Positions 58,927 through 64,000 of a stretch of 64,000 nucleotides of DNA are shown here, one piece after another. The stretch covers positions 34,240-98,239 of the IMG/VR virus record IMGVR_UViG_3300021405_000009. One strand, written 5' to 3'. Both the position numbers and the translations under genes were made by a program. Every line of letters starts with the position of its first letter. Within the stretch, counting starts at the first letter, position 1. Under the pieces are notes generated by a model. It had not been told where the DNA came from. It saw nothing but the letters and a program-made list of their open reading frames with translations, and did not search any database. The stretch comes from a virus.

Positions 58927-59976
58927 TTAGGTAACTTCCTCGTGGTAAAAGTGCGCCGCATCCGCGCCTGCCGCTGTCCAGGCAATGCCGGTGGCAGGGT
59001 CGTTGGGGATACAGTTCTGCACCCAGGTTAATCCCGAGTTCGCGGTAAAGGTTGTGCCCGTGGCGGCCGAGCCGCTGCTGAGCACTCCGTTCGTATAGGT
59101 GCGCGTGGCGGCGTCATCCTTCTGGTAGTAAGACACGGCCACAACCTGCGAGGGCGCAGTAGTCAGGCTGGCGCTGGGCATGGCGTAATCGTCAATCACA
59201 GCCGAGCCGTTGGCGCTCACATAGTCCGAGGAGTTCGGCGGCACGACGGCAACGCAGGCGTGGTTGGTGCCAAGACCGTTCGGAGTCCAGTTGGTGTTCG
59301 TGCCCGCGCCGCTGGGTAACTTGGTTACGGGCTGGCGGTCGGTGCCGATGGGCGCGTTCTGGGTCGAGCCGGTTGCGTCCCACACGCGCAGGTAGTCGGT
59401 GTACATCGACTGGTTAGTGTTGCCGATCGCGCCGATCTCCACCTGGTTGGCGTAGGCGTTGCCGGTCTGACTGGTGTTCAGACTGGCGGCGCTGTTGATG
59501 ACCTGCACGCCATCGAGCCAACACTTCACCTGGCCTACAGTGGTCGAGAATGTGACCTGCACTTCAATACCATGAACGGGCAGAGTCGCGGTGGTAATCA
59601 ATCCATTCGATGACGCGGGGCCAACGGCCGTGCCGCCCGATCCACCACGATAGAACTGCAGTGAGCCCGTAGCGGTGAGCCCCAGGTAGCACTGGATGGT
59701 ACCAGCATCGCGGAAGCCGAAGACTCCGGAGTTTGAGCTGGGCGGCAGTGAGCCCGCGCCGAAGCTGCAGAAGCCGATCAGCGTGGCCTGGTTGCTGGTC
59801 AGGTTTTTGCGCAGGGCCGCGTTGGTGGCAATGAGCACACCGCCGCCCTGGCAGCCACTGGGCGGGGTAAAGCGCGCAAAGGCTGAAGAGTAGGTGATGG
59901 TGCCAGTCACCAGGTCGTAGGGCGACTGAGCCGAAGTGGTGATGGTGCAGTAAGTGTCGGTGAACTGAAAGGCCAT
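58927..59976 (-). CDS. Putative virion (tail/lectin-like beta-sandwich) protein
   Basis: 349 aa, Thr/Ser/Gly-rich, C-terminal NDPATGIAWT motif. Confidence 0.6.
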   Translation of the reverse strand: MAFQFTDTYCTITTSAQSPYDLVTGTITYSSAFARFTPPSGCQGGGVLIATNAALRKNLTSNQATLIGFCSFGAGSLPPSSNSGVFGFRDAGTIQCYLGLTATGSLQFYRGGSGGTAVGPASSNGLITTATLPVHGIEVQVTFSTTVGQVKCWLDGVQVINSAASLNTSQTGNAYANQVEIGAIGNTNQSMYTDYLRVWDATGSTQNAPIGTDRQPVTKLPSGAGTNTNWTPNGLGTNHACVAVVPPNSSDYVSANGSAVIDDYAMPSASLTTAPSQVVAVSYYQKDDAATRTYTNGVLSSGSAATGTTFTANSGLTWVQNCIPNDPATGIAWTAAGADAAHFYHEEVT

Positions 59977-60009
59977 AGGGTGTATACTCAGCGATCAAAG
60001 GAGATCGCA

Positions 60010-60300
60010 ATGCCAAAAGGTATGGGGTTGATTCTGTCCGCTGCCGGGCTATTCATAGGCTTCACGTTTGGCTACTTCTTCGACCTGGCCAAGTGCGACC
60101 ACGACTATCACCCGTTCGGTACTACGCCGTATCTCTACGACACGCACACGGGAAGGGTGTGTGCCCCGCTTCGGGAGTCAGAAGACGCGTACAAAAAAGC
60201 TACCGTGAATCCAACCCCCGGCAGCCCACTCGGAGACGTGTTCGACCAGGCAGCCAAGTTGCCCCATGGGGCGGCCGACATGATCCCGGCCTGTGAGTAG
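60010..60300 (+). CDS. Small membrane protein inserted antisense within the structural module
   Basis: AAAGGAG RBS; N-terminal TM helix; fills the gap between two minus-strand genes. Confidence 0.6.
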   Translation: MPKGMGLILSAAGLFIGFTFGYFFDLAKCDHDYHPFGTTPYLYDTHTGRVCAPLRESEDAYKKATVNPTPGSPLGDVFDQAAKLPHGAADMIPACE

Positions 60301-63300
60301 CTACCATAGCGGCATGTGCGGCGAGAGATCGCGCAGCAGCCGGTTGTAAGTGGGGTCGGCCTCGCGGTCTTTCTTAATCATCGAGGTTAGCGCCTTCTTG
60401 ACGTATGCCTTGCCCTTCTCTTGAAGGATCGGCAGCAACAGCTTCTTCTCCTGCGGCGTGGCCACGTCGTAGACCTGCAGCAGCTCTTTCACCGGCAGCC
60501 GATTCGAGCGCGTGTAGAGGCGCGCGTCCCAGTCGCTCATCGGCTTACCTTCAGCGCCACCTTTCGAGGTAGCCTTGAAGTTGTCGTAGATCTGTTTGGC
60601 CTCGTCCTGGGTAAGCTCTTCGTCGTGAACTTTCTGGTTGATGTCCGGGCCTTTCAGTTTCCCGCTTCTCAGGTCGTCTTCCAGTTGCATCACATACTGG
60701 TGGCGGTTCAACTTCGCGGTATCCACCGGCCCAGACTCCGAGTTAGAACTCGCCAGCTTCGAGGCCGTCTTGTAAGCCGTGGTTGTGTCAGGCTCGACGT
60801 TAACGCCTAATGAGCGCGCCACGCCGGTGCCAATGCCTTCACCCTCGCGCCGGAAGGTTGGCACAAAGTTCTGTGAAGAGATGGGCAAGACGTTGCGCAA
60901 CAGGTCGTGAACTTGTTTCTCGGCCGTGACCTGCTTGCCTTGCTCGTCGCGGCCTTGCAGGTACTCTGCGCCCGTGCGCATGGTAAGCGGGTTCAGACGG
61001 TTATAGATAAATCCGCGCGGGTCGGTCATGGCGTGGAAGATGTCCTGCGGCATGGTGCGCACCGACATCACATTTTTGCCATCCGGCGAGACCACCGCAA
61101 AAGGGTGCTCGGGATGGATCTTGCCGTTGACTAACAGATTCAAGGCTTGCGCGGCGGCGAAGTTATACAGCGCAATGCGTCCCAGGCTCTGGGCAATGAC
61201 CGATCCGCCAGGCTGGAATCCATACTTAGCGAAGGCGACCTGACTTCCGGTGAAGTCGGGGGCTAGCAGGAACAGCCGCAGGGCGTCGCGCGTGTTCATA
61301 CTGGTGCCCAGCATCTTCCAGTTGAGACCGCCGAAAGCTGCATCCACAATTTTAGACGCGGCGAAGTCTACCTGGTCTGGGCTCCAGTTCTTATTGCGCT
61401 CGCCGAGCTGCTTCGATACCTTCTCGAAGGCTGCACCTTTGAGGCGATCGATGTAGCCATTCGCGCCGAACAGCTTCTGCTCGATGTTCTCCATCGCCTT
61501 GCCGAAGACTGGCACCTTACTAAGCAGTCCGCCGCCGCCGCCCAGGCCCTCAGAAAATTCAAGTCCAGCCTTGGTCGATCCGCCAAGGATGGTGGGGCCG
61601 AATTTCTTCGTCACGGCCGCCGAGTCTGCGGCCAGTCGTGGCGGCCGGAAAGCTTCCATCGGCCCCAGGCCCATCTGGAGTCCGCGCAGATATTCCGTGG
61701 TCCAATGGAAGGGGCTGAGGAGTGGGTTGAGTAAGCTGGTCTTCGCCGTTGAAGATAACTTGAGCAGCGGACCGAGGATTGAGTTCTTGCGCAGCCATGA
61801 GCTGTCTTCGCCGAAGGCGGTCTTCACCGGCTCGACATACTTCGGGTGAATCAGCAGCGGCTTTGCCTCGGTGATCGGAATGCTTTTGGTTGAATCGTTC
61901 GGATCGCGCGCGTCGGCGAGCCAGCGCCTGCGGGTAAAGGTATCCGGCCCATCCTTGTAGTCATGCACGTCGAGATAGAGCTTGCCATCCTGGCCCTGGA
62001 ATAGGCGCTCTGGTGGAACCTTATTCAGATCAACACCTGCCGCGTCGGCAGAAACGGCCGTGCGCGTCTTGCCCGGCATCAATCCAGTGCCGCCATTAGG
62101 ATCTGGGATCACTTCCTTTACGCCGCGAATGGTAGCCGGGCTTACGGCCATCGGCATCCCGTCTTGAACGCGCTCCGCCAGTAGCGCTTTTTCGGCTTCG
62201 AAGTGGGCCATTTTCTGGCCAACCTGACGGATATATTCTGCGTGCGCCGCTGCGAGCCCGCGCGTTGGTTCCAGTCCTGCCTTCAGGGCATCGACGGCGG
62301 TCGGGAACTCGCGCGCCTTCAGGTGCTGTGGTGTGCCCACCATTCGCCGCGAGCGATCAAGCAAGCCGGAGTTCATGCCGTCTTGCGGATCGTAGATGTG
62401 CGGCCCGGCGTAGTTCTCACGGCCTTCGTTCGAAGCGCCGCCAGGCAACGCCTCGCGGACGATCTTCCTGTCTTTGTAGTCTTCCCAGAACTCGCGATAC
62501 CGATCCGCCAAGCCAGACGACAGGTTCTTCACTTCGTCGGGCAGCTTCTGGGCCTTGTCGAGCAGGTCGGCCCAGCGCTGGCGAATCTGGGGTTGAATGT
62601 TCTTGTCGGCCAGCACATCATCGTGCCAGGCTTTGAGTTGGTCGGTGGTAGTCAGTCTGGGCGGAGCGTTGGGGCCGAACGGGCCAACGGGCGCGGCTTC
62701 CCCCAGCTTCCCGCCAGCTTCGTGATACAGCATGGCAGCCATGTCGGTGGGCTTGTCTTTGATAAGGTCGAGATGGTCGTGCTCGAACTGCTCGGCGCGC
62801 TGGTTGAACGAGCGCTCCTGCTGCTGCGCGATGCCGATGATTTCCTTGTCGTGCTCAACCACCGGCGAGTCTGGAGTGCCGCGCAGTAAATGCGCCGCGC
62901 TCAGCCCGGCCGCGACCGTTCCCAACGCAGCCGAAGTAATCATCTCTGCGGCCGTGTCGGTGTCCCCGGCCTTGATGGCGTCGCCAATGCGCGGCACGGC
63001 TTTGGTAACGTCGATGATCTGGTTCGCGGTGAAACCGAAGTTAGCCAGCTTCTCAATCGTACCTGAAGCCGTGGCTACCTTGGCCGCAACGTCTGGGCTA
63101 AGTCGAGATAGCAGTGAGGCTCCGGCCCGCCCAGCCACACTCAGTCCGCCTTCAGTCACAGCTTCGCCAGCCTCGGCGGCAGCCGTAGATGCACCGGCTT
63201 CGGCGATCCCACCCAGGCCGCCAGTTACTAACATCAATCCGATGTTCAGCGGGCTAGTTAGGCCAGAAGCAAACTTCTCTGCGGCGCGCTCGATACCACC

Positions 63301-63600
63301 GGCACCTTGCCTGTATTCGGGAATACCGAAGTAGGTAGAGAGCGGGCGCGTGAGTGCCGACTCACCTTCGCCCATGTTGCCGGGTCCGCCGCCAGAGTCC
63401 TGGCCAGAGCTTCGGGCGGCTGCTGCCAGGGGGCTCAGCGATTCTCCGCCAGGCGCGGCGGATGGCGACGCAGTATCCTGCGTGGACATTGCCTGCTGTA
63501 GCGGGCTACTGGAGGCAATGGGCGTGTCGGGTGTTTGTGCCTGAGTACGACTGGCGGCTAGAGCTTGTGCCAGCGGACTGCCCTGCGTGTCGTCTGCCAT
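60301..63600 (-). CDS. Large putative internal virion (DNA ejection-type) protein
   Basis: 1099 aa, Ala/Gly-rich helical, with hydrophobic patches, like podovirus ejection proteins; function inferred. Confidence 0.55.
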   Translation of the reverse strand: MADDTQGSPLAQALAASRTQAQTPDTPIASSSPLQQAMSTQDTASPSAAPGGESLSPLAAAARSSGQDSGGGPGNMGEGESALTRPLSTYFGIPEYRQGAGGIERAAEKFASGLTSPLNIGLMLVTGGLGGIAEAGASTAAAEAGEAVTEGGLSVAGRAGASLLSRLSPDVAAKVATASGTIEKLANFGFTANQIIDVTKAVPRIGDAIKAGDTDTAAEMITSAALGTVAAGLSAAHLLRGTPDSPVVEHDKEIIGIAQQQERSFNQRAEQFEHDHLDLIKDKPTDMAAMLYHEAGGKLGEAAPVGPFGPNAPPRLTTTDQLKAWHDDVLADKNIQPQIRQRWADLLDKAQKLPDEVKNLSSGLADRYREFWEDYKDRKIVREALPGGASNEGRENYAGPHIYDPQDGMNSGLLDRSRRMVGTPQHLKAREFPTAVDALKAGLEPTRGLAAAHAEYIRQVGQKMAHFEAEKALLAERVQDGMPMAVSPATIRGVKEVIPDPNGGTGLMPGKTRTAVSADAAGVDLNKVPPERLFQGQDGKLYLDVHDYKDGPDTFTRRRWLADARDPNDSTKSIPITEAKPLLIHPKYVEPVKTAFGEDSSWLRKNSILGPLLKLSSTAKTSLLNPLLSPFHWTTEYLRGLQMGLGPMEAFRPPRLAADSAAVTKKFGPTILGGSTKAGLEFSEGLGGGGGLLSKVPVFGKAMENIEQKLFGANGYIDRLKGAAFEKVSKQLGERNKNWSPDQVDFAASKIVDAAFGGLNWKMLGTSMNTRDALRLFLLAPDFTGSQVAFAKYGFQPGGSVIAQSLGRIALYNFAAAQALNLLVNGKIHPEHPFAVVSPDGKNVMSVRTMPQDIFHAMTDPRGFIYNRLNPLTMRTGAEYLQGRDEQGKQVTAEKQVHDLLRNVLPISSQNFVPTFRREGEGIGTGVARSLGVNVEPDTTTAYKTASKLASSNSESGPVDTAKLNRHQYVMQLEDDLRSGKLKGPDINQKVHDEELTQDEAKQIYDNFKATSKGGAEGKPMSDWDARLYTRSNRLPVKELLQVYDVATPQEKKLLLPILQEKGKAYVKKALTSMIKKDREADPTYNRLLRDLSPHMPLW

Positions 63601-64000
63601 TTATTGGAGAGCTTGCCGAACCGCGCCAACCGCTTTCTTCCCGGCTTGGTATATGTTCTTGGCCCCTGATTCAAGGATCGGCGTAACGTCGCCCCTTGAC
63701 GGAGCGGCCGGATGCGCAGCAGGATCGTCTGCGTAGCCTTGGTCAACCAACAACTTGTTAGCTTTCACCATATCGCCGCCGCTTTGAGAGAGCGCTCTCT
63801 TAGCCACATCCACGGGAGCTGTCATCCCCTGCGTCGTAGCCTTGGGGATCGCCGTGGTCGCATTGATCCCGAGCGCCTGGGTTTGCAAGCCGCGCAGAGT
63901 TTCCTGCTGCTGCTTCAGTTCATCGGCGCGCGCCTGGTCGTTCTGGTTCTTGGCTTCGATGATGCTTTTCTCCAGGGAGTCAATCTCTTTGGTCAGAGTC
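63601..64000 (-). CDS. C-terminal part of an upstream virion protein (partial)
   Basis: Reading frame open to the window end; stop abuts the start of the 1099-aa gene. Confidence 0.55.
   Translation of the reverse strand, partial: TLTKEIDSLEKSIIEAKNQNDQARADELKQQQETLRGLQTQALGINATTAIPKATTQGMTAPVDVAKRALSQSGGDMVKANKLLVDQGYADDPAAHPAAPSRGDVTPILESGAKNIYQAGKKAVGAVRQALQ

Overview
The window is about 64 kb of a GC-rich, temperate dsDNA phage. The host is probably Acidobacteriota, inferred from a PEP-CTERM gene, an 'RERIAAAQRARWAK' protein and the integrase type. Layout: minus-strand virion-type genes at both ends (<1-3.9 kb and 58.4->64 kb, probably one module wrapping around); a non-coding G-tract/repeat region and a highly structured boxA-containing leader (7.5-8.45 kb) ahead of a long array of small plus-strand early genes with intergenic hairpins (8.5-17.8 kb); many small accessory genes; an excisionase/tyrosine integrase with an attP matching a tRNA-Ser 3' end (29.2-30.7 kb); and a recombination/replication module (ERF, SSB, exonuclease, DUF1376 initiator, DnaB; 41.6-46.4 kb). 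The standout is an RNA-handling system. A Ro60/TROVE gene (51721-53313) is followed by a tandem array of six Y-RNA-like genes (53579-54303). They share one scaffold (outer stem, GGYCGMW, inner stem, GTTAYC, variable cargo, inner stem', YTTRTC, outer stem') but carry different cargo: short loops, a whole linear tRNA-like fold, or circularly permuted tRNA mimics. A metallophosphoesterase follows immediately. A seventh copy lies about 49 kb away (4281-4376, minus strand). The genome also encodes a split DRB0094/Rnl2-like RNA ligase, an RlaP-like nucleotidyltransferase coupled to a minimal HisRS-like protein, and a tRNA-like element hidden in-frame inside the ERF gene. All assignments are by eye from motifs; no searches were run.
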